A stretch of 64,000 bases of DNA from Protoeuglena noctilucae (lineage: Eukaryota), in contig OY253672.1 in the NCBI GenBank assembly GCA_958009085.1, forward strand, positions 930,001 to 994,000. The letters run 5' to 3'. Shown piece by piece: positions 1 through 11,604 of this stretch. The notes under the pieces were generated by a model. The model made no database searches and was not told the origin of the DNA. It saw only the letters and a program-made list of their open reading frames with translations. The translations under genes and the position numbers were made by a program. Each line of letters begins with the position of its first letter. Position 1 is the first letter of the stretch.

Positions 1-236
1 GGATGCTTGACCCATGCCAGGCTAAACGTGCTTGGTTTGCCCTCTACCACCCTAGGTGGCGCTCTGGTTTGCCCAACTGCGTCCGTTCCGCTTTCCTCTG
101 CCCACCTGCCGAGTCACCCTGTAGCGGGCAGGTTCTCAGCCCCGGGACAGACGGCATGGACCATTCAAAGTACAAAAGACTGGCAACTTGCGTTTTGTGC
201 CCTGGCACTGGGGCACTGGGGCAGTCCCCAGGCAGG

Positions 237-2228
237 CTAGGCAGACTTCACGACGGCCACCAGCCGCCCCTCCCGCACCGCCAGGCGCACCACGCGATGC
301 TCCGCGGTGCCCCTCGCGCCGTCGCCCCAGCCAATCTCCTTCTCCAATGCCTGCCCCGCCATCCTATTCACCACGTTGCGCACACCGACCGCCCCCTCCA
401 AGGCAAGGCTCGGACCCGAGTCGCTCTCGTCCGCCGACGTGTACTCGATGTGATCCGCCTGCGTCACAGATGCAATGCAAACGCCCTTGCAAGCGCGGTG
501 GCCCCTCATCACCCACCGCACACCACATCCATCCTCTCCCCTGCCGCCCTCCGTCGCCGCATCACGCCCCATCGCGCGCCTCACCAGGAAGTCCACCACG
601 TCGTCGTCCCACTGCAGCTCGTAGCCCGACTTGGACCGCAGCACTGGCGCGTACGTCCGCGCCAGAAACGTGCCGGTGACCTCGCGGATGTGGCTCCGGT
701 GGAGAGGGAAGAAGGGCACGTAGAAATCCACCAGCGAAATGGCCCGGGAGTTGGTCAGGCTGGAACTGGCCTCGTCCTGCGGTGACGAAGCGACGGAGCG
801 ATGGCTGAACATCTTCATCAGAGGAGGTCCACTGTGCCCATCGTGGCTGAAACAGGGCCAGGAAGGGCCCTGACCCCTCCACCCTGCACTGCCACACGCA
901 GCTACCCCACCGTCCTGCCTCGCAGCCACCCAGCTACCCCACCGCCCTGCCTCGCAGCCCACGCCCCTCACCTCGCACGCCTCGTCCCGCGACCACTGCT
1001 CGTACAAAGTGTTCTTGAGGGACGCCTGCAGCTGCGGCGTGGACACGGCCCCGCCCCCCGATGCGTAGGCCTTCCTCGCCTCGTCCACCACCTCTGCCAT
1101 GCCAGCATTGGACTCGAGAACCATCACCGCACGCCGGGCATCCACGCCCTCCGCGTGCAGCACGCCGTGGTCCATGAGCTGCCGCAGGAAACCCCGGGCT
1201 TTGCAGTCGAGCCTGGAGCGCAGAGCGGCGCGGGGTCGCTTGCAGCGTGGACATGTACACGTCCAGAAACAGACGCCAAAGAATCGAATACCGAGGCACA
1301 CACGCACGCGTCTGCGCAGAGCACGAGCCCTCTGTCCCCGCCCACCTGTCGTATTCCTCGATCACCACCAACGCGTCCTTGTGTTTCTTCAGATGCCGGA
1401 CCATCTCCTCCCGTATCTTTGCCCACTGCTCCTCCCGGTCCCTGAATGCAGGGAGCAAGCGAGAACATCGAGCGTTTTCCCAATACATCGGGCACATCCT
1501 CAACACGCCATGACTTGATGAGAACGCCCAGGCTTGTAGTCAACACGTATAGCACCTTCCCAACACATGAGGCGCCTTGCACACGCTGTGTGCCTGCCTC
1601 CACCCAATGCGGCCCTGGTTGCCCAGCTCACCGTGCATAGTAGTTGACGCCGAAGAGAGTCAGGTAGCCGGGACATGCGGGGCCCTGGCACGACCCGCGC
1701 CGCTCGGGAGGGACGTCCCAGAGGCTCAAAGCGAGGACGCGGTGGGTAAGGGACTTGCCGACCCCAGGCGGGCCATGCAGGGAGAAGACGAGGGGCCCCT
1801 GGGGGTCCGTGGATGCCAGGTGCGCACACGTCGCGGACACGATGGTGGCGACGGCGTCCGACTGCCCCTGCACCTCCGCCGGCAGCGCCTGGCGCAGCGC
1901 CTCGCATGCGCGAGGGGAGAAGGGCTGCGACTGGGCGCTGTCGAGGAAGCGCGACGCGGATCCTAGCAGCGTGGAGAGGGTCTGACCCGAATGGCCGAGG
2001 AGCGCGGACGCAGCGCTGAGGCCGTGGTGCGCGGAATTTGATAGGACCGCGTGCACTGCGGCGTACCTGCGCGCGAGGCGAGGCGCCGCGGAGGTTCGCA
2101 GCGGACGGAGCGAGAAGACGGGAGCCGTTTACACCCGACAAGAAGCAGGACGCGCACCCGAAATGCTTGCCCGCGAGGAAGTAGGCCGCGGCACCCAGCA
2201 TCACGACAAAGAGGTGGTACGCGCCCAT
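237..2228 (-). CDS. Torsin-family AAA+ ATPase (multi-exon)
   Basis: Hydrophobic N-terminus MGAYHLFVVMLGAAAYFLAG. Torsin-like motifs in spliced exons: VQGQSDAVATI, PLVFSLHGPPGVGKS (Walker A), LVVIEEYDRL (Walker B region), AVMVLESNAG, LVDFYVPFFPLHRSHIR. GT-AG introns. Confidence 0.75.
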
Positions 2229-3720
2229 ACGGCCGGGAACCGCCTCCCCAGACTTCGTTGACTTCTGGAGAGCCTTGTTTGAAGTACGCTCGTGCCCGCT
2301 TTGGGTCTTATGGCTCTGCGACGACTCTGCAGGGGCGGGGAGACAAACGGGTTTCGCTGGCCTCGTCCCCGTCACGCGCACGTGCGACGCAGGTTGCCAG
2401 CCGTTCGAGTATGCGTGTCTTGGCAGCATGCAGCGGTCTCTCCCGCGTTGCCGAGCGGCCCCGGCAGGGAGAGCCCCTGCTTTCCCCAACAGTCACCTGG
2501 GCCGTGCGACTTCCCAGCGCTACGCTCCGACCCCCCCTCCATCTGCATGGCTCCATCGCTGGGTACCTTGGTCACTTCGGTATCCTGCCGTTTCAAGGAT
2601 TTGCTCTGAGCGCAGAAAACCAACGAAAAACTCAGGGCAGCCCTTTACGGCCCCTCCGCGAGCTCCAGTCCATCGACGCGACCATCGAATGCCGCGCGGT
2701 TTGGAGGGTGCGACGACATTGTCGCAATCAATGCCAGCGGTCCCCCATTGGCAGCTCACCATCTTCCTGGGATCGGAAGACGCGCAGAATGCTGTATGCG
2801 TGGCAGTCAGAATGGCAGGGAGTGGACCAAAGGAAGGTGTATGGCTGTGGAGGAAGATGCCAGGCCAAAGGCTGAGGGCCAGTGGCTCGACCGTGCAGGG
2901 CCGGCAATGATTCTAGGTCTCGAGTGTCAGTGAGCGAAGGATCCTGCGTGTGCACTCGCATCTACACGACTCGTCACAGCGATCCACTGAACAACCGCAG
3001 TCGATCTGCAGCGAGCTCTTCAGAGCTCAACTGAGTCGGACTGGCATTGCGCCAGAAGTACCGTTTCTTCAACCTCGAAAACACCACCACACGTCTCATG
3101 CGCAGTGGCCACCCAGCACGTCGGCGACGCCTGCCGCGACCCGCCCCGCCCGCGCCAAACCGCACCATGCAGCCCAGCGCGCGCCAGCGTCTCGCAACAC
3201 CGTCGCAACGCCCCCGTGCCATCCTGACCTGAGGCCCCCCCACAAACAACGGGCCTGAGGTCCACCCCCACAAAAAAAAATCATCGCAGGCGTACACTAA
3301 CGCGTGCAACACATGCAACTTCGCTTTCTCTTGGAATCCCACCCCCACCCTGCCAGCCCGCGCCCCGATCGCGAGCCAGCCCCCACCGCTCCCACCCAAA
3401 CCTCTCAGTCCTTCGGACCCCCTGCCACATCTTGCTGGGCCCGAGTGACCGACTGCGCCCCCCTGGGCGCGAACAGCACCGCGGCATTGCCGCATGACAG
3501 GCCACGTGCCACCCCAGGTTCCCTCACGCCACCCTCTGTCTCTTGCACTGCGGCTCGTCGCCGCCACACTCCTCGGCCCAAGCCGAACACTGCGCCTCGG
3601 GCGCCGCCCTGCAAACGCACGACTTCGCAGCCCAAACTCGCACACCCGCCAGCACCCCACCCTGCCGCGCGTCCCCCACATGTCCCCCGCCAGCCACATG
3701 CTGCGACATGCTGCCCGGCC

Positions 3721-5547
3721 TCACCTCTTGGCTCCCTCAGCGACCGCCGCGGCCTCGGCCTGCGCCTTCTCGGCCTGGATGCCCGCCACGAGGCCCTGGT
3801 AAGGGTTCCAGTCGATAAGGTCCATGATGTAGATCTCGGCCGCAGGGAGGGCGGCGGGCGAGCACCCCGCGATGTAGGCGAGGCGGGAGGCCTTGGTGAT
3901 GGAGCGCCGGTGCCCGTCGCACTTCATGGCGATCCAGAAGCACGCCGCCAGGGCCGCCACCACCGGGCTGCCCACGTCAATCTCGCAGAGCTTGGCGATG
4001 GCGAGGCGGGGCAGCACGCGCATCCAGATGATGAGCGCCCTGCAGAGCAAACGGCACCGAACCGCTCTCGCACGCGCCGCCGCCTGCCACGCTTCTGCAC
4101 TTCGCGCCCCCACTGCGCCGGCCGCACCTCTGGAGGACCTTGCGGCTGTTCATCCGACACAGGCAGGCCCAGGTGGCCAGGACCGTCACGAGGAGCCTCT
4201 TGTTGTTGGGCAGGAGCATCTGCAGCTGCTGGTCCAGCGACAACGTCGGCGTCGGCGGGCGGGGGGACTGGGCGGGACTGCGGGGGCGTGGCGGGGCGGC
4301 GCTGAGCCGCGGCGGGGCGGCGCGGAGGGTGAGAGTCGCGGCGACCGTCGCGGGCCTCGCCTGTTGGGCACGGTGGAGCCCTGGGACGCAGGGGGCACCG
4401 CGGAGGCACCCACGCTGCTTAGGGCCACAGAGGGGACCGTCACGGGCACGGGGGCGCCCGCCACCTGCCCGCCGGGCGCGCAGGGCCGGATGCGCACGGC
4501 CCACGGGCCGGCGGCGCCGACCTGCACGGCGCCCTGCGGGAGGGTCGGCGGCAGCATCCCGTAGCACGCGTACCCCGTCGTGGGGACCCCCGGGACCGGC
4601 ACGTGGCGGGCCGCCGGCGCGGGTGCGCGCGCCTCCTCCCGGACCGTGTACGCGGCCCCGGTCTTGGGCGCCTGCGCCTGCGCCTGCGCCGCCGGCGCCC
4701 TGGCTGGCACGCAGAACATGTCGATGAGCTGCTCGGCGATCTGCTCCTGGGACCTCAGAGGGGCCTTGTCCTGCGGCGGGGGTCGGCGGAGGACGAGCGT
4801 CGCGAGGCGGACGGCGCTGGCCACCGCGGCGCCACCCCTACTTCATCCAAGCGCGGCCCTCGCCTGGGCGAGGCCCTGGGCCGAAGCGACGCCGGGGCTG
4901 TCCCCGTCCGGAGAGCTGTCGAGGGCGTCGGTGGAGCCCGTGTGCTTGCTCGAGTCGTCCAGCGCGAAGAGGGGGTGGCCCAGCGGCTCGGTGACCCCCG
5001 CGCTCGAGGCGCGGCTGCGTCCCCTCGCGTCCTCGCCCGCGGCCATGCAGGACGACCGGGAGAGGCGGTGGCACGGCGGGCCGCCGAAGGACGCGTCCGG
5101 GGCGAAGAGCAGGCCCTCGAGGGGGTTGAGGTGGGGCGCCGGGGGCATGATCATGACCGGCGCGGGCGCGTTGCCCGACATCGGGCACGAGCCGGGCCTC
5201 GTGACGCAGCCGTCCTGGTACTGGGCCAGCAGGTCCGGGTGGGTGTAGGACGACACGTCGAAGGACATTGCCGGGTGGTACCCGGCGGGCGAGGGGCCCC
5301 CGTCGCAGTCGAGGCCGATCGTGGCCATGGAGCCGTACTTGCTGTGGAGGGGGGCTGCGCGGGGGAGCGGGCCGGGATTCCATTGGCGACTTGGCGAAGC
5401 GCTGCTAGCCACCGGGTCGCGCTGCACTGCGCCCCGCGGTCGCGGTCCCCACCGTACCCCGCCACGTGCTGCGGCCTCACCATGAGACCCCGCGTCCCCG
5501 GCCCAAGCGGGCCCGAGGACGCCGCCGTCGAGCTGCGGGTAATCCAT
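3721..5547 (-). CDS. Divergent cyclin-like protein with a long low-complexity N-terminus
   Basis: Last exons encode cyclin-box-like ALIIWMRVL...AALAACFWIAMKCD...AAEIYIMDLIDWNPY. They are joined to the upstream ORFs via introns, including GC-AG intron 4771-4863. Confidence 0.55.
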
Positions 5548-6764
5548 ATAGTCCCCGCGGGCGTGTTGCGGAGGCCGGCTACGGCTCCCGCGGGAAGAGT
5601 GCTGCTGGCTCCACGATGCCGGTGAAGCACGCGTGCTGGTTTGCCGGGGGGACTCGACGCGTCCGCGACGCCAGCAGCGGTGCCGACCCGGACTCAGAAC
5701 GTGGCGCGCATGTTGAGTAGGTAACTGACGCGGAACAGGGACTCAGCAACGCAGAGGTGTCATGCACTCCAGTGTCTCCAGCGCGGGACCTGCGAGCGCG
5801 GCGGGGCCGGCGCGGCGTGAGGGGCGGCAAGAGGCCCTGAACGCACCGCCGGCGGGCCGTCCTGCGTGCTGCGCCCCGCACGCAGGTCGCTCGGCCACGC
5901 CACGTCGGGGCGTCCCCCAGAAGCAACCGCCGCGGGCGCGACGCCGCGGGGACGCGGGCTCGGACAGAGGAACAAAAAAACCGACGTCCGGGCAAAGCGA
6001 GGGGCGGGGCGGAGCCCGGACGGGGCGTGGCAGCAGGTTGGCACGTCGCCAGACGACCGGGACGGCCGGGGGGCCCGACGGAAACGCGCGGGGGCCGTTG
6101 GACAACTCAGGAGGCGACGGGTCGTCCGCAGAAGGCAAGGGAACGGACGAGGGGGCTTGCCGACCCCGACCCACGAGAGCGACCGACGAGCACCGACTCT
6201 GGCTCCATGTGAAGAAGCTAGGAAATAACATGGCGTCACGCGTCGCGGCCACACGTCGAGAGCCCGCTCCGGCGCGACCCTTCGAAAAGTCCCCTCGAGA
6301 AGCCTCGCCCCGCCCGTGGGGCCGCCCCCACGGCTCTGGGAAGCCGCGCTGTCTCCCGGGGAGGCGTCGGAGGTCCCCGGGGCCGGCCCCGGGCGCCTCA
6401 CCCGGGTCGACCCCACCCCCCCCCACCCTTCCCGGCTCACCGTAGGGCGTTCTGGCTCCAGACGAGTAGCGCTGCTGGCTCGTATTAGCCGCAACAGCGT
6501 CTGTCAGGAGCTCGGGGAGGTCGTGCGTTGGACGAGCGCGGTGGGGGAGGTTTGCGAGTTCGCGCCAAGTGTGGCCCCGCCACGTATCGAGCCAAGCTAT
6601 GCTCCGTTCCACGCACAGAGGCCCGCGGAGCTCCAGCTGGCCACTTCAACGGCTCCGTTTTCTGGCAAGTTTTGCGGGGCGCCCGCAAGGGCGCGGCCCA
6701 GGGCCCAAGGCGGTGCGATACAACGAGAACGCAAGAAGAGTAAGCGCGGGCGGCACGCCAGCGC

Positions 6765-9497
6765 TCAGAAGCGCGACGTGTCGCGGCCGAAGAGCTTGGC
6801 GCGGAGCCAGTCCGTGGCGACAAGCATTTGGTTGCGCAGGGAGATCTGGGAGATGGTCTCGAACCCTTTCCACCCGAACCCCGCCGCGAGGCCCGTGATG
6901 GGACCTGGGAAGGCGCAGGGAGGCCGGGGGTCACGTCATCACGATCGCGCGCCACGCCAGCTCCGGCACGTCGCATCCCCGAGGCCCCCCGCCTGCTCAC
7001 CGATGACGGGGATGTCCATCACGGCGCGATCGTCCCCGACGTACGCTAGCTGCCCCTTGTGGTTGTACTGGAAGGGCCGGATGCCCGCGAGGGTGTCGTC
7101 CGTGCCTGTGAGCTTCGTCTCCCCCAGCACCTTGGCCAGGTACTCCCCCTGCTGCCTCGCGACCTGGGCGGTGGCGGGCAGGACGCGCAGGTTGCTCTCG
7201 ATGCGGCCCAGCAGCTCCTTGAAGTCGTCGAGCGTCAGGAGGCTCTTCTCGTCCAGGCCATCCAGCGTCTGCTTGACGCCGCGGGACCGCAGGAAGCCGG
7301 ACGCGAAGCCGCCGAAGCGGTCCGAGTTGGCGCCCAAGAAGCTCGCGTACTCCTGCGTGCGCGAAGAGGAGGGCGGGGGCACATGCAGGAGGGCAGCTGC
7401 GACAGTGTAAGCCCCTCGGCATGGGCCAGCTGCTTTGCCCCACGTACCTCGAGGTGCGGGTAGTCCTTCGAGGTCTCCAGGAGGATGTTCCGGAGCTCGA
7501 GGAGGGAGAGGCGGCCGTCCTTGTTGGCATCGCCCTGTGGGGATGCAGGGGATGGAGAGAGTTGTGGCGGCGCGGCCTGGACCTCACCCGGAGGCGAGCC
7601 CACGAAACACCGGCGGACGGAGGAGTGCGCCGTCCGCCGGCGAGACGCGCCCGCGTCCTGCTCTGCGCACCGCCTTGTCGCGACGGCCACGGTCGGGGGC
7701 CGCAGCGATGGTTGAGGCGCGCTGGCCTGGCCTGGCCTGGCCTGGCCTGGCCTGGCCGGCCCGTGTCGAGCCCTCGCCCCCGCCTCACCTTCTCGAAGAG
7801 CTCCTGGCACTTGACGAGCGCGCGGGGCTGCTCGATGGTGGCCACGTCGCCGATGGCGAAGATGCTGCCCCTGCTGCCCTTCACGCGCAGGTACTGGTCG
7901 GTGGTGATGGCGCGGAAGTTGGTCTGGGACCCCTCGGGGAGGCTCTGCTGCAGCTGCTGCGCCAGGGGGTTGAGCTTGATGCCCGTGCACCAGATGCACA
8001 CGCCGAACTTGAGCTCGCGTTTCGCCCCGTCCTGGCCGACCAGGCGCACGAAGTCGCGCTCCACGCCGGCAACCTTGGTGTTGAGGAGGAGGTCGATGTC
8101 GGAGCGGAAGAACTGGCGGGCCGCGTACTCGGAGATGCGCCGGTCGTACGTGGACAGGATGTGGTCCTGCAGCTCCACCACTGCGGCGCAGGAGGAGTCG
8201 CTCGTGCGCGTCGCGGCTGCGCTCGGCGGCGACGGACTCGCGAGTCTGCACCCGCAGGCGCCGGCCCTCACCGGAGATGCGGCAGTCGTCCACCAGGTCG
8301 CCGTACAGCTCGCGCATGTCCTCCCGGACCATGTCGCGCATCTCGGCCGCCACCTCCACGCCCGTGGGGCCCCCTCCCACAATTACCATCGACAGCAGCC
8401 GCTTGCGCTCCTCGGGGGGCGTGTGGGGCAGCGCAGCGCGCTCAAACAGCTCTGACACGCGCTGGCGCAGGCGCTTGGCGTCGTCAATGGTCTTGAAGAA
8501 GTAGCAGTTCTCCTCCACGCCCGGAGTGCCGAAGGTGTTGTTGATCGACCCCACGGCCACCACCAGGATGTCGTACTCGACCTGCAGACGGTAGGCGGGA
8601 TGTGGGGGCGTCGCGGCGCGCGCGCAACAGCAAGCGTCCGATGCGCCCGGGAAGTCAGCCGGGGCGCACCTTGAAGCAGGCTTGGTCGAGGCCGGCGTCC
8701 TTGGGGAAGCAGCACACGAGCTCCTCGCGCTCGGGGTCGATGCTCTGGCAGAGCGCCTCGTAGTACCGGCCCTTGCCCCGCACCTGGTTCCTGCGGAACA
8801 GCAAAACAAGCCGCGCGATGCACCGGTGCGCTCGCGTCGCGGATCGCGCAGCCTGACGGGGCGCGATCCGCCCGGCACCTGACGGGCTCCACGATCGAGC
8901 GGTCTTCCATGGTCCCCGTGCAGACGGCGGGCAGGAGGGGCGTGTAGAGGAAATAGTTGCGTGGGGAGATTAACACCACGTCGTATTTGTCGGAGGTCTC
9001 CTGCGGGGGGACGCGCAGCCCGTACCACCGTGGGGCCGGGAGCGCTCGGGGGTCACAGGCGGGTCCCGCGCGGGCGCTCCTGCCGCGCCTCACCTCCGTC
9101 AGCGCCTTCATCATCGACATAGCCCCCCAGCCGGACCCCAGGATGACCACCCGCGGCTTGGCGGTCTTTTTGGGTGGCGCAGTCCCCTTCGGCAGCCCGT
9201 CCAGCGCGGGCAGCCCGTTGCGGCTCCCATCCGTCCCCACCAGCTCCTGCGCGGGCGGAACGCCGTGTCAGGAGGGCATCCAGCTGCGAGTTTCCTGCGA
9301 GACCCTCGATCGCCGAGGGACGCCAAAGGTCGGAGCACCCCGCTCGCCTTCGTCTTCTGCGCCGCGCGCGCAATGCCCGATCTCCGCAGCTTCGTCCTCG
9401 TCATCCATGTGAGGCGCCCGTGCGCGGTGCGGGGCCGCTGCGCGCATCCATGGGCGAGCCGCGCTCCGAGGGCCCGGGCGGGGGCCGCCAAGTCCAT
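6765..9497 (-). CDS. Type II NAD(P)H dehydrogenase, EF-hand-containing (NDB-like)
   Basis: PRVVILGSGWGA, ISPRNYFLYTPLLP, IVGGGPTGVE, FAIGD, EF-hand DANKDGRLSLLE, LPATAQVARQQG, PFQYNHKGQLAYVG, C-terminus DWLRAKLFGRDTSRF*. Confidence 0.93.
7722..7757. repeat. (CCTGG)6 microsatellite in an intron of the NADH dehydrogenase gene
   Basis: Six tandem CCTGG units read directly from the sequence. Confidence 0.9.
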
Positions 9498-9833
9498 CGC
9501 CCGCACGCTCCGACGAGCTCTTCCGTCGAGGTCGGACGCGACTCGCTGAATGCGGCGACGGTATCGGTGCGAGGGCGAAAGATCGAGAAATAGGCGGCGT
9601 CTTTTTAGGAGGTTCGACGACTACTCCAGCGTGCGTCGTCAAGAAGCAGGAAATAATGCCTCGGGAGAGCGCGGGAGATGCGGAAATGCGCTCGGTGCAA
9701 GAAACCAGGGTCACCCCGCACACTTCCTCGCTCCTGCGCCTTGCTGCGACTCCGATGGCAACAAGAAGCTGCTTGTGCACGAGTTCACGAGCATTTGCAG
9801 GTCCAGGACCGCTTCGGGACGCCAACGAACTTG

Positions 9834-10524
9834 ATGTCCTCCCTCGGGGCGTGTGCGTACGCTGCACGATGGCCAGCGGCCATGCAGCGGCGACCCGGGC
9901 AACTGGGTCCTCATGTGCGCTCGGTGAGAAGCGCCCTTTCCACTGGCATGGCTTGGCTCGATGGCTTTCGGGCTCTTAAGTGAGTGAGTCTCTCCGCAGA
10001 GACGGGTAGTTGCTGCACACGTCAAGCGAAAGTTCAAGAGCTTTGAAGACATGGTGACCTCCTCCGACGTACCAGGTGATTGAGTGGAGAAACGCCTGGA
10101 GCACGAGCAATGGGGCTGGGCGAGGGCGCTGCAGCACCAGGCGGCCACACTGGAGAGGACTTAGACCCGGTTCCCGCCGGAACCCGCCCTAAGTCCTCCA
10201 AGTGCATCGAAGGCGATGCGCAGGAAAGCAGCGTGCTTCCCTGCGCACGCAGTTGTCGTCGACTTCTACGCGACGTGGTGCGGGCCGTGCCAGCTCATGG
10301 GGGGCCAAATACTGCCGGCCGTGGCCAAGCTGCTGGAGGCGGACGACGTGCCGGTGCTGGTGACGAAGGTCGATACGGAGCGGTACCCGCAGACCGCGTC
10401 GCGGTACGGCGTCAGCGCCCTGCCCACCATCGTGGTCTTCAAGGGCGGGCGCGAGGTCCACAGGGTAGAGGGGGTGCTCCCGGCACCCCGTCTCGCCAGC
10501 GAAATCAAGCAGGTCCTGTCCTAG
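9834..10524 (+). CDS. TRXy: Plastid thioredoxin y
   Basis: Three exons: transit-like peptide, KRKFKSFEDMVTSSDVP, then VVVDFYATWCGPCQLM...KVDTERYP...ALPTIVVFK. Confidence 0.9.
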
Positions 10525-10526
10525 GC

Positions 10527-11481
10527 TCAGGCCTCCTCAGCCGACTCGCGACGGATTCGCCTCCCCAGGGGATTGCGTTTGATAGACAGCACCTCCACCT
10601 CGATGGTCAGCTCGCTGTTTGGGGGAACCTCCCCCACCTGCCTGTCGCCCCACGCAAGGTTTGGTGGGACGATCAAGCTCCTTCGACCTCCCACCCGCAT
10701 GCCCCTCACGCCTAGGTCCAGGCCCTGCAGCCACGACGTATTGAAGTTAGTACAGGCGACCTGCTGCCGGTGCCCCCCGAATGCGCGTGTGTCACCTTGA
10801 GCGTGCCACCCGCCCCCTCGGCGCCGACGTCGAACCCCAGCGGGTTGCCGCCAGTCACGCCCATGCCCTGGCGGCTCGTGTACACGGTCAGGGTCTTCCA
10901 CTGCGTTGTGGCGAAGCGGGGGTCTGACCAGGAATGGCAACCGGGATGAAGCGGGGGGGCGAAGCGGGGACGCGCGTCACACCTTGCAGTCAAAATGAAC
11001 CGCCACGCGATCCCCGAGCATCACCGGGTCGCCGCCGCCCACCTCCACGTCGTACACGCCCAGCCCATCCTCGTTAAACGTGTACTTCTCCCTGAGGCGA
11101 CCATCCACGATGCCTCTGACGCTACGCGTGGCAGGATTGTTCGTGCCGCAAATGGTTCACCGGTCGGCCGCCTCATCACCTGGGTATCTTGCTACGTCGC
11201 GGCTTATTCAAGTCTTTCTGAAAGCCAGGGAGGGCCAGTGCCTCGCGCGGCCCCGCGAGCGCTGGCGTCGTCGACGCTAATAGGAGGAGAAGGCGCCTGC
11301 GGGGGAGAGAGCCGTCCGTGGTGGTCAGCACGGGAGATTTGACCGCGTGGGACCGACGCCGCCCGAGCATGCGACTCGCTGACCTTCCCGGTGCGCTCTT
11401 GGTCGCGATCGCCTCGCATCGAACATTTCTGCCCGCCTGCGTACACCTCGGGCCCGGGAGGCCCGCGGCAAGGCCGACCAT
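10527..11481 (-). CDS. FKBP16-4: Thylakoid FKBP-type peptidyl-prolyl isomerase (FKBP16-4-like)
   Basis: Twin-Arg lumen signal (PRRRLLLLLA...AREALA), TSRQGMGVTGGNPLGFDVG, GLDLGVRGMRVGGRRSLIVPP, EVPPNSELTIEVEVLSIK. Confidence 0.88.
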
Positions 11482-11604
11482 GATCACGTTTACCAGGCGA
11501 TTCGATCTCTGCACAAGTCAGTGCCTGCTTTTTGCAGATTGCAACGAAGTACGTTCTTCAACAGCTAAGGGCCCCCACTGTCGGCCAACCTGACGTTTGA
11601 TGCG

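Noticed and set aside
4843..4845. In-frame TGA in the cyclin-like gene as selenocysteine or readthrough
   Set aside because: It lies inside a plausible 93-nt GC-AG intron (4771-4863).
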